This document shows, piece after piece, positions 45,217 through 55,203 of a stretch of DNA of 64,000 nt. The number at the start of each line of letters is the position of its first letter. Within the stretch, counting starts at the first letter, position 1. A program made the position numbers and the translations under genes. The DNA is taken from positions 192,001 to 256,000 of the forward strand of contig CAXXMR010000008.1 of the NCBI GenBank assembly GCA_963663805.2, read 5' to 3'. The notes below the pieces were generated by a model. The model saw only the letters and a list, made by a program, of their open reading frames with translations, did no database searches and was not told the origin of the DNA. The stretch is from Sedimentisphaerales bacterium. Lineage in GTDB: Bacteria > Planctomycetota > Phycisphaerae > Sedimentisphaerales > SM23-30.

Positions 45217-46622
45217 ATGGACAAGGACTATCGCCCTCAGGTCACGCGGCAGGTTCAATATCTGGCTGGCAGGTCGTCCCGCGGATAAAATTGAGACTTT
45301 GGCCGATCCGAAAATTCTCTATTTGTCCCTTAAAAGCAAAAGATTCCACTTTTCACAAATCGTGGCAGATGATGGCAGCATGGTCAGGCCTTGCCCAGAT
45401 TTTGGCTCAAGACCCGGAAAATTTTGGGATTCCACTGCTGGCACCGCGTGGGGGCAAGGTCAACCTTAACGCCCTGCCGGGTCATATCACCCTGGAAGAC
45501 CTCGAACCGGAAGACCGCCCGGTTATCGACCCTCAGCAGCAAATGGCGTATATCCCCAGGCCGGAGATTCCTAACGGGGAAATTCATCAGAAACTTATGG
45601 CGTTGGGAGCGTGGAGCTTTTTCCATGACGCCCACACTCAAAAATTGCCCGACCCCAAAATCTCCCCGGCGGCGATAATAGTTTCAACCATCCAGCTCGA
45701 GCCGTTCCTGGCCAGAGGTAACGTACTATTAAAGAACAACTTAGAGAAATTTACCAAAGGACTGGAACATTTACAATCTCTGCTGGAATATCAGCCGATA
45801 TACCTTATCGTGCCAGATTTGAAGTCCGACCTGGTTGACCAGATTGGTCAGGCTATTCGGGGGCGGGCCTGCATAAAGGCGATTTTGGTGAAGTATCAGT
45901 ATCCGCTGGACCATTTCGCGATTCTGGCCCGGGAACTCAACCTGAAATATGACCCTGAAAACCCCGTCTGGGGCATTCGCACCGAGGGGGTGCTGGCGGC
46001 GGAAACCGCCCTTACCCAAGGCAAGCCGGCCACCACGCGAATAATATCATTGGGCGGCCCGGCGGTATCGAATCCGACCCATTATGAGGTTTGCGCCGGT
46101 TATCCTATCAGTCAGTTTTTAGAGGGTAAGCTGAATTGTGAAAATGTTCGACTGCTCAACGGCGGTTCGCTGACGGGCGAGATTCTGGACGAAGCAACCA
46201 AAGGCATCCCGCTGGGCTATACCGGCATCACCGTTCTGGAAGAACCAACCAAACGGGAAATGCTGAGTTTCACCCGACCCGGTGCCGATCGGCAGTCATA
46301 CAGCAATTGCTTCCTGAGTGCTTTGCGGAAGGCGTTCCCGGAGCGGATTACCACGTCACTACGCGGCGAAAAACGACCCTGTATCGCCTGCGGCTACTGC
46401 GAGGAAATCTGTCCGGTGGGTATTATGCCGCATCTTATTCATAAATTAATGTATCGCGACGAACTGGAACGAGCCGAACAAGCACGAGCGGACCGCTGTA
46501 TCGGTTGCGGACTGTGTTCGTTTGTCTGCCCCTCCAAAATAGACCTGCGTAAGGAAATACTTGAGGCCCAGGACACCATACAACGGGAACTTCACAGCGA
46601 AGTCGAGGAGGCCGACGAATAA
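45217..46622 (+). CDS. nqrA: Na+-NQR subunit A-like protein retaining RnfC-type 2x[4Fe-4S] motifs; N-terminal frameshifts
   Basis: First gene of the operon; repaired N-terminus FNIWLAGRP...QILAQD...PLLAPRGGKV; RIISLGGP; CIACGYCEEICP and CIGCGLCSFVCPSKI. Confidence 0.75.
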
Positions 46623-47734
46623 TGAAACTATTGCAGAATATGTTCGATTCACTTCGGCCTATGTTTGAAGGCGATGGCAAATTCAAGGCCGCCAAACCAC
46701 TGTTCGATGCGATGGACAATTTTTTCTTCGCCGCCAGCACCCGAACAGGCACGAGCCCTCACATTCGCGACCCGCTGGACGTTAAGCGGTTTATGTCGAT
46801 GGTGATTATTGCCCTGCTGCCCTGCTTAGCGATGTCTTTGTATTATTTCGGCTGGCGGATTGTCCCGGTGATAATCGTATCGTATATGGTGGGCGGCACA
46901 ATCGAAGTGCTGTTCGCAATTGTTCGGAAAGAAGAAATCAACGAAGGTTTTCTGGTCACAGGCTTGCTTTTTCCACTGATTATGCCGCCGGCGGTGCCGC
47001 TGTGGATTGTCGCGGCGGGCATAGCTTTCGGCGTACTAATCGGCAAGGAGTTGTTTGGCGGTACGGGACGCAATCTTTTCAACCCGGCTCTGCTGGGCAG
47101 GTGTTTTGTGTTTCTGGCTTATCCGAAGGCGTTGTCTTCCGGCTGGGTTCTCCCGCAGGCACAATGGCCGGGCAGGCTTGCCCAATATATCACGCCGGAA
47201 GGAACCAATCTGTTTACCGGACAGGTCGCTGACGCGATTTCCGGGGCGACTCCGCTGGCTCAGGCCAAGCAGGGTAACTGGGCGGCAATATCAGATTTGA
47301 TTGTTGGCAATACCGCCGGCTGTATCGGTGAAACCTGTGCTATCGCGATTATCATCGGGGCGATAATACTTATCGTCTGTAAAGTATCGAACTGGCGGAC
47401 TACGGTTAGTACGCTGGGTTCTTTTCTGGTGCTGGGCGGGATTATGCACCATTTCCAGCCGAATACTTTCGGACCGGTCACGTGGCATCTCTGGGCGGGC
47501 GGACTTTTATTCGGGGCGGTGTTTATGACCACCGACCCGGTTACCAGCCCCAACACCAATCAGGGCAAATGGATATACGGCATGATTATCGGCGTGTCAA
47601 CCGTGCTGATTCGTAATCTGACCGGATACGTCGAAGGGGTAACATTCGCTATCCTGCTGGGCAATATCTCAGCCCCGATTCTCGATGAAATAGCGATACG
47701 TCAACATCAGCGGAGGTTACTGAATGAAGGATAG
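46622..47734 (+). CDS. nqrB: Na+-NQR subunit B (RnfD/NqrB family)
   Basis: PHIRDPLDVKRFM, EINEGFLVT, KELFGGTGRNLFNPAL, DAISGATPL (FMN-Thr), FMTTDPVT. Confidence 0.9.
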   Translation: MKLLQNMFDSLRPMFEGDGKFKAAKPLFDAMDNFFFAASTRTGTSPHIRDPLDVKRFMSMVIIALLPCLAMSLYYFGWRIVPVIIVSYMVGGTIEVLFAIVRKEEINEGFLVTGLLFPLIMPPAVPLWIVAAGIAFGVLIGKELFGGTGRNLFNPALLGRCFVFLAYPKALSSGWVLPQAQWPGRLAQYITPEGTNLFTGQVADAISGATPLAQAKQGNWAAISDLIVGNTAGCIGETCAIAIIIGAIILIVCKVSNWRTTVSTLGSFLVLGGIMHHFQPNTFGPVTWHLWAGGLLFGAVFMTTDPVTSPNTNQGKWIYGMIIGVSTVLIRNLTGYVEGVTFAILLGNISAPILDEIAIRQHQRRLLNEG

Positions 47735-48320
47735 CCTGAATACCATTATCTACTCCCTGGTGCTCGGCCTGACTTGTGCTCTCATACTCACAGCCGCGGC
47801 GGAATTTGCCCGTCCCTACAAAGAAGCCAACCAGAAAGCGGAAAAGGGCCGTAATATTCTGGCGGTACTGGGAATCGAATTTGACGCGAAAATTTCCGCC
47901 CAAGAACTGGAAAAAATCCAGCAGACCAGCGTCGAGGAACGAGGTACGGGACGTTTCGCCTACGTAAAAGACGGCCAGGTTCAGGCAGTGGCGGTGGAGT
48001 TTGAAGGACCGGGACTTTGGGCGGGAATTAAAGGTTATATTTCACTTGAACCCGACATGCGCACGATTCGGGGCATAACCTTTACCGAGCAGGAAGAAAC
48101 ACCGGGGCTGGGCGGTGATATTGTCACACCCGGTTTTCGGAATCAGTTTAAGGATAAAAAAATTGTTGGCAGTGACGGCAAAGCGGGGATAGCGATTACC
48201 GCTCCGGGCAGAGCTGAAGGCCAGAACGAAGTGGACGGCATCAGCGGCGCGACCATCACCTGCGGCAAAGTGGAACAGATGCTGAACAAAACCATCGAAG
48301 AAATAGTCAAGGAAAAATAA
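47724..48320 (+). CDS. nqrC: Na+-NQR subunit C (FMN-binding)
   Basis: N-terminal TM; GPGLW, ETPGLGG, VDGISGATIT. Confidence 0.9.
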   Translation: MKDSLNTIIYSLVLGLTCALILTAAAEFARPYKEANQKAEKGRNILAVLGIEFDAKISAQELEKIQQTSVEERGTGRFAYVKDGQVQAVAVEFEGPGLWAGIKGYISLEPDMRTIRGITFTEQEETPGLGGDIVTPGFRNQFKDKKIVGSDGKAGIAITAPGRAEGQNEVDGISGATITCGKVEQMLNKTIEEIVKEK

Positions 48321-48322
48321 AC

Positions 48323-48979
48323 ATGGCCGAACAATCCAACGGCAGACATTGCGGACTCTGTTCGCTTCAGGGCAAAGGCAAGGAAACACTCCACGCTGGC
48401 CTCTGGGCGAATAATCCCATCTCGATTCAGGTGCTGGGTATCTGCTCGGCGCTGGCGGTGACCAATCGCCTGCTCAACTCACTGGTCATGGGTGTCTCGC
48501 TGATATTTGTCTGCGTGGGTTCCAATCTGTTTGTCTCACTGCTGCGAAATGTCACCCCGCGTCGAATCCGCATGATTGCCGAAGTCGCTATTATAGCCAC
48601 CTTCGTTATTCTGTTCGACCAGATACTCAAGGCCTTCTATTGGGATATGTCCAAAACACTGGGGCCTTATGTCGGTTTGATTATCACCAACTGCATTGTA
48701 ATGGGGCGGGCCGAGGCGTTCGCTTTACAGAACCCGCCCATGCTGGCGATGGTGGACGGTTTCGCTAACGGGGTTGGCTATATGATAGTGCTGGCGATTA
48801 TCGGATTTTTCCGTGAGCTGCTCGGTACGGGCAGTGTAATGGGCGTGGAAATCCTTTCGGCCCAGTGGTATCTGCCCAACCAACTTATGGTACTGGCACC
48901 GGGCGCGTTCATCGCGTTGGGTTTTCTGGTAGCTTTGTTTAATGCCTTAAAAGGACCGGACGAGGAGGACAAAAAATGA
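48323..48979 (+). CDS. nqrD: Na+-NQR subunit D
   Basis: NNPISIQVLGICSALAVT, VGLIITNCIVMGRAEAF, LAPGAF. Confidence 0.92.
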   Translation: MAEQSNGRHCGLCSLQGKGKETLHAGLWANNPISIQVLGICSALAVTNRLLNSLVMGVSLIFVCVGSNLFVSLLRNVTPRRIRMIAEVAIIATFVILFDQILKAFYWDMSKTLGPYVGLIITNCIVMGRAEAFALQNPPMLAMVDGFANGVGYMIVLAIIGFFRELLGTGSVMGVEILSAQWYLPNQLMVLAPGAFIALGFLVALFNALKGPDEEDKK

Positions 48980-49566
48980 GTGAAACCTCGGCCTTAACTA
49001 TTATTGTTGCCGCGATATTTACCAATAATATCCTGCTGGCTAACTTTCTGGGCATGTGTTCGTTTCTGGCCTGCTCCAAGCAAATCGATACCGCCATCGG
49101 TCTGGGCACCGCTGTTACGTTTGTGATGACCGGAACCACAGCCTTGAATTACGCTATCTATTATTATGTACTCGTACCGTGGCATCTGGACCATTTGCAG
49201 TTTATCGTGTTTATCGCGGTAATCGCGGCGTTTGTGCAGTTTGTCGAGATGTTTATCGAACGGTTCAGCCCGACATTGTATTACGCCTTGGGGATTTTCC
49301 TGCCGCTGATTACGGTTAATTGCGCTATTCTGGGCGCTTCGTTGTTTATGGTAATTCGTAATTACAGTTTTATTCAGTCGGTGGGTTTCGGCTTGGGCGG
49401 CGGACTGGGCTGGGCCCTGGCGATTATTCTCATGGCCGGCTTGCAGCAGAAAATGGGCTACAGTAATATCCCACGCCCGTTCAAAGGCGTGGCGATTGCC
49501 ATGGTAATTACCGGTGTGATGGCTATGGCGTTTATGGGATTCGCCGGCATGGTAAACATCCAGTAG
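48976..49566 (+). CDS. nqrE: Na+-NQR subunit E
   Basis: FLGMCSFLACSK, FIAVIAAFVQ, LGIFLPLITVNCAILG. Confidence 0.92.
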   Translation: MSETSALTIIVAAIFTNNILLANFLGMCSFLACSKQIDTAIGLGTAVTFVMTGTTALNYAIYYYVLVPWHLDHLQFIVFIAVIAAFVQFVEMFIERFSPTLYYALGIFLPLITVNCAILGASLFMVIRNYSFIQSVGFGLGGGLGWALAIILMAGLQQKMGYSNIPRPFKGVAIAMVITGVMAMAFMGFAGMVNIQ

Positions 49567-49578
49567 GGGCTTATCTGT

Positions 49579-50673
49579 ATGGAATTTTATTGGCATTCGA
49601 TTTTAGTTTTTACCGGTGTTCTGGTCGGTCTGGCGGTCATCCTTACTATCGCTGAACGCCTGCTGGTTAATTACGGGGTTTGTCAGGTTGATATTAACGC
49701 CGGTGAAAAAAATCTGGAAGTTGACGGCGGCCAAAGCCTGCTTTCAGCCCTGTTTGAGAACGAAATTTATATCCCCTCGGCCTGCGGCGGTCAGGGCTCT
49801 TGCGGGTTCTGTAAATGTACAGTGCTGGAAGGCGGCGGCCAGATTCTGCCGACCGAACGGTCATTCATGGACCGGCAGGAAATTCGCTCCGGCGTAAGGC
49901 TGGCTTGTCAGGTCAAAATTCGTCAGGATATGCGAATCAAAATTCCCGAAGATTTGCTCAATGTAAAGATGTTTGACGCTACCGTATTGAGTAACACCAA
50001 ATTAACCTACGACATGGCTGAAATCCGCTTTACTCTCAACGAGCCAGACGAAATTTCCCAGCGGCCCGGCCAATATGTCCAGATTCAGGCCCCTTCGCCC
50101 GATGGACCGGTTTTCAGAGCTTATTCCATCAGCTCGGCAACCTATGAAAACAACGTGGTCGAACTGGGCGTAAGACTGATACCCGACGGTATCTGCTCAA
50201 CTTATCTGCACAATCTCAAGGAAGGCGAAAAAGTAACCTTCACCGGGCCTTACGGTGAATTTCGGCTTAATGAAGACCCGGAAACCGAGATTGTCTGCGT
50301 CGGCGGCGGGGCAGGCATGTCACCTATGAAAAATATAATTTATTCGATTTACGACAAGGCCCCCGACCGGAAGGTGTGGTTGTTCTTCGGTTGCCGGACC
50401 ACCAAGGACATTTTCTATCTTCAGGAATACCAGGAACTTGCGAAGAAGCATCCTAACTTCAAAGTAATCTACGCCCTGTCCGACCCGCTGGGCCCGAACG
50501 AAAGCTGGGACGGGGAAACCGGATTTATTCATCTGGCGGTTGATAAATATCTGGAGAAGGACATTCCCCGGCAGGCTTTTCTTTGCGGGCCACCGCCTAT
50601 GATTGACGCGGTCATGCTTACTCTGGAGAACAAGGGCATGAAAGAGAAAGACATTTTCTACGATAAGTTCTGA
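49579..50673 (+). CDS. nqrF: Na+-NQR subunit F (2Fe-2S, FAD, NAD-binding)
   Basis: N-terminal TM; SACGGQGSCGFC, RLACQ, RAYS, GPYGEF, GGGAGMSP, LCGPP, YDKF. Confidence 0.9.
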   Translation: MEFYWHSILVFTGVLVGLAVILTIAERLLVNYGVCQVDINAGEKNLEVDGGQSLLSALFENEIYIPSACGGQGSCGFCKCTVLEGGGQILPTERSFMDRQEIRSGVRLACQVKIRQDMRIKIPEDLLNVKMFDATVLSNTKLTYDMAEIRFTLNEPDEISQRPGQYVQIQAPSPDGPVFRAYSISSATYENNVVELGVRLIPDGICSTYLHNLKEGEKVTFTGPYGEFRLNEDPETEIVCVGGGAGMSPMKNIIYSIYDKAPDRKVWLFFGCRTTKDIFYLQEYQELAKKHPNFKVIYALSDPLGPNESWDGETGFIHLAVDKYLEKDIPRQAFLCGPPPMIDAVMLTLENKGMKEKDIFYDKF

Positions 50674-50690
50674 TATTACAATCAGATATA

Positions 50691-51161
50691 TCAATCCGCC
50701 AGTTCGGGAACTTTGACAATTCTCAGGAACATTCCCAGGCGTTGGATGGCATTTACGAACTCTTCGTAGTCCACAGGCTTGGTCACATAGTTGTTGCAGC
50801 CGAGCTCATGACAGCGAGTAACCTCGCGGGGGTCGTCGGTGGTGGTCAACATAATTACCGGCAGAGAACGGAGTTGTGAACATTCCTTAATACGTCTGAG
50901 GACCTCGACGCCATCGACTTTGGGCATTCTGATGTCTAGCAGTAGGAGGTAGGCGGTGTTTGAGTCGCGTCCTTCGGAGCCGTTTTGACGGAAGAGGAAA
51001 TCGAGGATTTCCTGGCCGTCGTTGAAGTGCATTATTTCGTTTAAGATGCCTGCCCGCTTGAGGTTGCGTTTGACGAGGTTGACATGGCCGGGCTCGTCAT
51101 CGGCAATTAAAACTGTTACATTCCATTCATCGTTAGTAATAACCGGTCGTTCTTTACTCAT
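50691..51161 (-). CDS. Stand-alone response regulator receiver
   Basis: LIADD, LLDIRMP, MLTTTD, YVTKP. Confidence 0.92.
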   Translation of the reverse strand: MSKERPVITNDEWNVTVLIADDEPGHVNLVKRNLKRAGILNEIMHFNDGQEILDFLFRQNGSEGRDSNTAYLLLLDIRMPKVDGVEVLRRIKECSQLRSLPVIMLTTTDDPREVTRCHELGCNNYVTKPVDYEEFVNAIQRLGMFLRIVKVPELAD

Positions 51162-51379
51162 TTTCGACTCCGCAAATCGTCCTGAAAGTACTGATTTTTA
51201 CTCAAAAAAAGACAAAAATATGTTTTTTTTCTAAAAAATATTGAAAAAAACACAAAAAAGACGCCAGCGTCAAAAGTTTGTCGCTCCTTCAATATTTGAG
51301 CGTGAGAGTGTTTTTTTTAGCTTGATTTGGACTTTTGACGGTTCCGTCAAAAAAAACACTTTTACGCGGTTTTATATAC

Positions 51380-52006
51380 CTAAAAACCTCCTGCCATTTG
51401 CTGAGCCTTTAGTATCGCTTTGTCTAAAGCGGTCTGGGCGGCATCTGGGCCGGCGGCGAGGGTCGGCTCTATCATGATGGATTGAATATCTTCAAAGCCA
51501 ATGAACTGTAGAATCTGATTCATATATTTGCTTTGGAGGTCGTAGGTTGCGGCAGGTCCGGCATATTCTCCGCCGCGTGCGTAACAGCAGCAAACAGGCT
51601 TATCCTTGATTAGTCCCTGATAGCCGCTTTCAGGTGAAAAAGAAAATGTGTATCCGGGCTGAATAATAATGTCCAGATACTGCTTGAGGCGGTAAGGGAT
51701 GGAGAAATTCCACATGGGAATACTGAAAAGATATTTGTCGGCGTCGAGAAACTCAGCGATGGTCTGTTCGACAGCTTGCCAGGCGGTGGCTTGTTCGGGA
51801 GAATGGCTTTGGCCGTGCATAAGGGCGTATTTGCCCTGAAGGGCGAGGCCGTTGAACTGAATGAGCTTTTTCTCGAAGATATTAATGGTTATTACATCAT
51901 CTGCGGGTTTGGCCTGACTATAAGCCAGGGCAAAAGCGTCGGCGATGCGGCTGGAAAATGACTTTTCGGACCGCGGCGAACATTGCAGATAAAGAAGCGT
52001 TGCCAT
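51380..52006 (-). CDS. azoR: FMN-dependent NADH-azoreductase
   Basis: SPRSEKSFS, PMWNFSIP..LKQYLD, ARGGEY. Confidence 0.9.
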   Translation of the reverse strand: MATLLYLQCSPRSEKSFSSRIADAFALAYSQAKPADDVITINIFEKKLIQFNGLALQGKYALMHGQSHSPEQATAWQAVEQTIAEFLDADKYLFSIPMWNFSIPYRLKQYLDIIIQPGYTFSFSPESGYQGLIKDKPVCCCYARGGEYAGPAATYDLQSKYMNQILQFIGFEDIQSIMIEPTLAAGPDAAQTALDKAILKAQQMAGGF

Positions 52007-52200
52007 AATTGCCTCCTGTTTCTAAGATAGCCTAAAACAAAATGAATTGCTTCGCGAAAATCAGGTGCTCCGTAAATGAAATAACCGACAAATCAGAGAA
52101 TACCACAACAGCGTGGAAATATCCAGTTAAAAATCGTACACTTTTTTTTGCTAACTGATTATTGACAAATAGAGTTATAAAAACCGTAAAGGGCTTTGCA

Positions 52201-52578
52201 ATGTTAATGAAAATTCTGGCCATCGGCGTGGGGGCATTTTTGGGTGCTATCCTGAGATATTTGGTAGCCCTTGGCGCCCATAGAGTTACGCACTCCCCGT
52301 TGCCCTGGGGGACGCTGATAGTTAATGTGGTGGGGTGTTTTCTGCTGGGCTTTCTGGCGACGCTGATGATAGGGCCGCTGAAGGTTTCTGAGCCGGTGCG
52401 ACTGATGCTGACGGTTGGTTTTCTGGGGGGGTTGACTACTTTCAGCTCATTTGGGTATGAAACGATGGCCTTGGCGGGGCATGGCAAATTTCTGCTGGCG
52501 GGAGCGAATATTCTGACCAATAATGTGCTGAGCCTGGTGGCGGTCTGGGTCGGGGTTAAAATGGCTCAACTGGTTTGA
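52201..52578 (+). CDS. crcB: Fluoride efflux channel Fluc/CrcB
   Basis: GAFLGAILRY, PWGTLIVN, GFLGGLTTFSSF. Confidence 0.95.
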   Translation: MLMKILAIGVGAFLGAILRYLVALGAHRVTHSPLPWGTLIVNVVGCFLLGFLATLMIGPLKVSEPVRLMLTVGFLGGLTTFSSFGYETMALAGHGKFLLAGANILTNNVLSLVAVWVGVKMAQLV

Positions 52579-52639
52579 AGAATGAATGTACCGATTTTCC
52601 AGCGACAGAAATGACGTTTTTTTTTAGACGGATACCGGC

Positions 52640-52677
52640 AAAAAAACGGGCAGCGACCTGTATGGTTGCCACCCGTT
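52640..52677 (-). terminator. Probable rho-independent terminator
   Basis: AACGGG-CAGCGACC/GGTTGCCA-CCCGTT imperfect stem followed by a T-run on the minus strand. Confidence 0.55.
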
Positions 52678-52779
52678 CAGTTAATCACATCAACTCATAT
52701 TTGCTATGAGGCTGTTTTACTGTAAGTTTCCGGCCAAGTACACCTTGGCTGACAATTGGTGGATTGCGGTTGGGGCGGG

Positions 52780-54303
52780 TTAATTTTGCGGGGTTTTCCA
52801 GTTGGCGGGCAGGAGGGTGTCGATTTGGTTGGCGCCGGTGGTGGAGATTTTTCTGAGGACATAATTGAAATACGCGAATGGGTCGTGATTGTGGAGTTTG
52901 CAGCCGGCGACCAGGCTGTAGATTATGGCGGCGCGTTCGGCTCCGGCTTCGCTGCCGGCGAACATATAATTTTTTCGGCCAATGACTACCATTCTCAGCG
53001 TTCGTTCCGAAAGATTATTATCGATGCTCAGCCGTGGGTCGCTGGTATAGCGGACCAGGGCATCCCACTGGTTCAGGGCGTAGGTGACGGCTTTGCCCAT
53101 ATTATTTTTAGGCAGAACCTGTCCCTGATACTCATCCAGCTTCGCCCGGATTTCGGCAAAGATCGGCAGGGCTTCTTCCTGGCGGGCTTGCAAAAGTTGC
53201 TCCGGCGAATATTTTTCCGCTTTTGCCCGTCGCTCGATTTCATAAAGCTTACCCCAGAGCACCATAAAATGTGCCGCCCGCACCGGGTCGCTGTCTAAAG
53301 CGTATTCAAACTTCCGCCGCGCATGCGCATTACAAGCCACCTCAACGGCATCGGTAGCCCGAAACAGTTCATCATAGCCGCTATAAGCATCTGCATGCAC
53401 AAAACCCTGATAATCTCTGCCGATAAAATTTAGCGGACCTTCGCGCGAACGCGTCGGCGTAAAATCAAACGCCACATTATAATCAGTATCGATATAAACC
53501 CACAAATAGCCCTTATACGTGGATCCTTTACGGTTTTTGCTCTTGATGGGGATGGAGGTATCATCGGTATAAATGATTTCCGACTGCTGAATCTTCTCCC
53601 GCATACGTTTGACCAGCGGCTCCAGCAGTTCAGCGCAACTGCCCACCCAGTCGCACATGGTTGAGACGTTGATTTCCACGCCGTGCCGCTTAATAATACC
53701 TTCCAGACGGTTCAACGGCTGGTGGTCCGCATACTTGCTCGTTATGATATACGCCAGCAAACCTTCAGCGGGAATGCCTTTGTCGATCGCCATGGGCGGC
53801 AGTTCGCCAATCGAGATATTATTCTCGCAAACCTTGCAGGCGTATTTGCTTCTGACATAACGCTGAACATAAAAAGATGCGGGCACATAATCCAGCTTTT
53901 CGGTTACTTCCTCGCCGATACGTTCTTTTTCGTTATGGCATACCGGGCAGGTTTTTTCTTCTTCGGCAGGTTCAATGTCGATAGTTTCGCGGCGCAAATT
54001 TTCCGGCAGCGGCTTGCGGCCTTGATGATTAGCATTCTTACGGCCTTTGACAACCTTGGCGCGTGAGGGCTTCTGCTGTTCAATCTTCTGTTGAACTTCC
54101 TCGTAAAGATTTTCAAACAACAAACGCTGAGCCGGATCGAGCTTTTCGCTTTTCTTGCCGAACAACTGCCGCTTGAGATAATACAACTGGCCGCTGAGAT
54201 CATCAATCTGACCCAACAGCGTCAGAACCATCTCTTTAAGAGTGGCAACATCATCGGGAAGCTGCTCGACAGAGCTTTGAGCGGTTATCTTTTCAGCCAT
54301 CAT
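52780..54303 (-). CDS. tnpC: IS66 transposase TnpC
   Basis: LFGKKSE, CPVC/CKVC zinc finger, TDDT, ADAYSGY, CNAHARRKF, IDNNLSER, GRKNYMFAGS. Confidence 0.96.
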   Translation of the reverse strand: MMAEKITAQSSVEQLPDDVATLKEMVLTLLGQIDDLSGQLYYLKRQLFGKKSEKLDPAQRLLFENLYEEVQQKIEQQKPSRAKVVKGRKNANHQGRKPLPENLRRETIDIEPAEEEKTCPVCHNEKERIGEEVTEKLDYVPASFYVQRYVRSKYACKVCENNISIGELPPMAIDKGIPAEGLLAYIITSKYADHQPLNRLEGIIKRHGVEINVSTMCDWVGSCAELLEPLVKRMREKIQQSEIIYTDDTSIPIKSKNRKGSTYKGYLWVYIDTDYNVAFDFTPTRSREGPLNFIGRDYQGFVHADAYSGYDELFRATDAVEVACNAHARRKFEYALDSDPVRAAHFMVLWGKLYEIERRAKAEKYSPEQLLQARQEEALPIFAEIRAKLDEYQGQVLPKNNMGKAVTYALNQWDALVRYTSDPRLSIDNNLSERTLRMVVIGRKNYMFAGSEAGAERAAIIYSLVAGCKLHNHDPFAYFNYVLRKISTTGANQIDTLLPANWKTPQN

Positions 54304-54419
54304 CAATCCGTAACGTTTAGTAACTTCGTCATCCTTAACGATGAGATTATGATAAGCGAAATGATGAAAAAAGCAAGCATAAAAATGAGAAAATATGTAA
54401 TATTCTTAACTCTAAGAGC

Positions 54420-54779
54420 CTATAGCGAGCTTTTACGCTCATAGCGTTTTCGGCGGCGACTGCGAAATAAATCAATGCCTTCCAGTATCCAGCTTAGCTT
54501 GGCAATATCAACTTCGATTGATGCCTGATTATTTTTGCCGGGGATTTTTTCAAACGTGCCTTCCTCCAGCCGCTTATACCAAACGACGAATCCGGTGCGG
54601 TCCCAGAAAAGAATCTTACATTTGTCGCCGCGTTTATTGAAGAACACAAACAGATGGCCGCTGAACGAATCTTGAAGCATGAAGTTTTCCGCCAGCATCG
54701 AAAGCTTGTTAAAACCGCAACGCATATCCGTCGGCTGAGAGTAAATGAAAATCTTCACCGCCGGGGGCAGAGTTAGCAT
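54420..54779 (-). CDS. tnpB: IS66 accessory protein TnpB (Orf2)
   Basis: PTDMRCGF, HLFVF, KILFWDRTG, YKRLEEGTF. Confidence 0.95.
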   Translation of the reverse strand: MLTLPPAVKIFIYSQPTDMRCGFNKLSMLAENFMLQDSFSGHLFVFFNKRGDKCKILFWDRTGFVVWYKRLEEGTFEKIPGKNNQASIEVDIAKLSWILEGIDLFRSRRRKRYERKSSL

Positions 54780-55123
54780 AGCTTTGCCTGTTTTAGCGCG
54801 GAAAGAACGCCGGTTAAAAATGCATCGTCGATATTTGAAGGTATCCGCAATGTATGGCCAGCCGCCAGAACAAGCTCCAGAGAACCGGGCTGGGACGGGG
54901 GCATCGAAACGCGAATGAAGGCCTCCGGCTGCGCCTCTGACTTGCTGTCGTAATCAGAGTTTCGGGCTTGGGTCAGACGCCTGCGCCAGGAATAAAAAGA
55001 TGGCTCAGATAAACCTTCCTGCCGACAAAACTGACGAACGGATAACCCACTGGATTGAAATGTCTCCAGCACCATCCGCCAAAACTGCCGCTGTTCCGTA
55101 TCAGATTTTCGCGCTTTGCCCAT
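54773..55123 (-). CDS. tnpA: IS66 accessory protein TnpA (HTH)
   Basis: SGLSVRQFCRQEGLSEPSFYSWRRRL. Confidence 0.92.
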   Translation of the reverse strand: MGKARKSDTEQRQFWRMVLETFQSSGLSVRQFCRQEGLSEPSFYSWRRRLTQARNSDYDSKSEAQPEAFIRVSMPPSQPGSLELVLAAGHTLRIPSNIDDAFLTGVLSALKQAKLC

Positions 55124-55203
55124 GATTGCCTCTCCATTAAATCATGAGCCGTATTATCAATTTTTCAAAGAACCCCGCAAGATGCACTTGGCCGGAACCT
55201 TAC

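Larger units (their letters stand above)
52722..55203 (-). mobile_element. IS66 family insertion sequence (2482 bp)
   Basis: Imperfect TIRs GTAAGTTTCCGGCCAAGTACACCTTG / CAAGATGCACTTGGCCGGAACCTTAC; tnpA-tnpB-tnpC; no target duplication seen. Confidence 0.95.

Noticed and set aside
52010..52200. Fluoride riboswitch upstream of crcB
   Set aside because: No GGCGATGG...TCGCC / CTAATGA consensus is visible.
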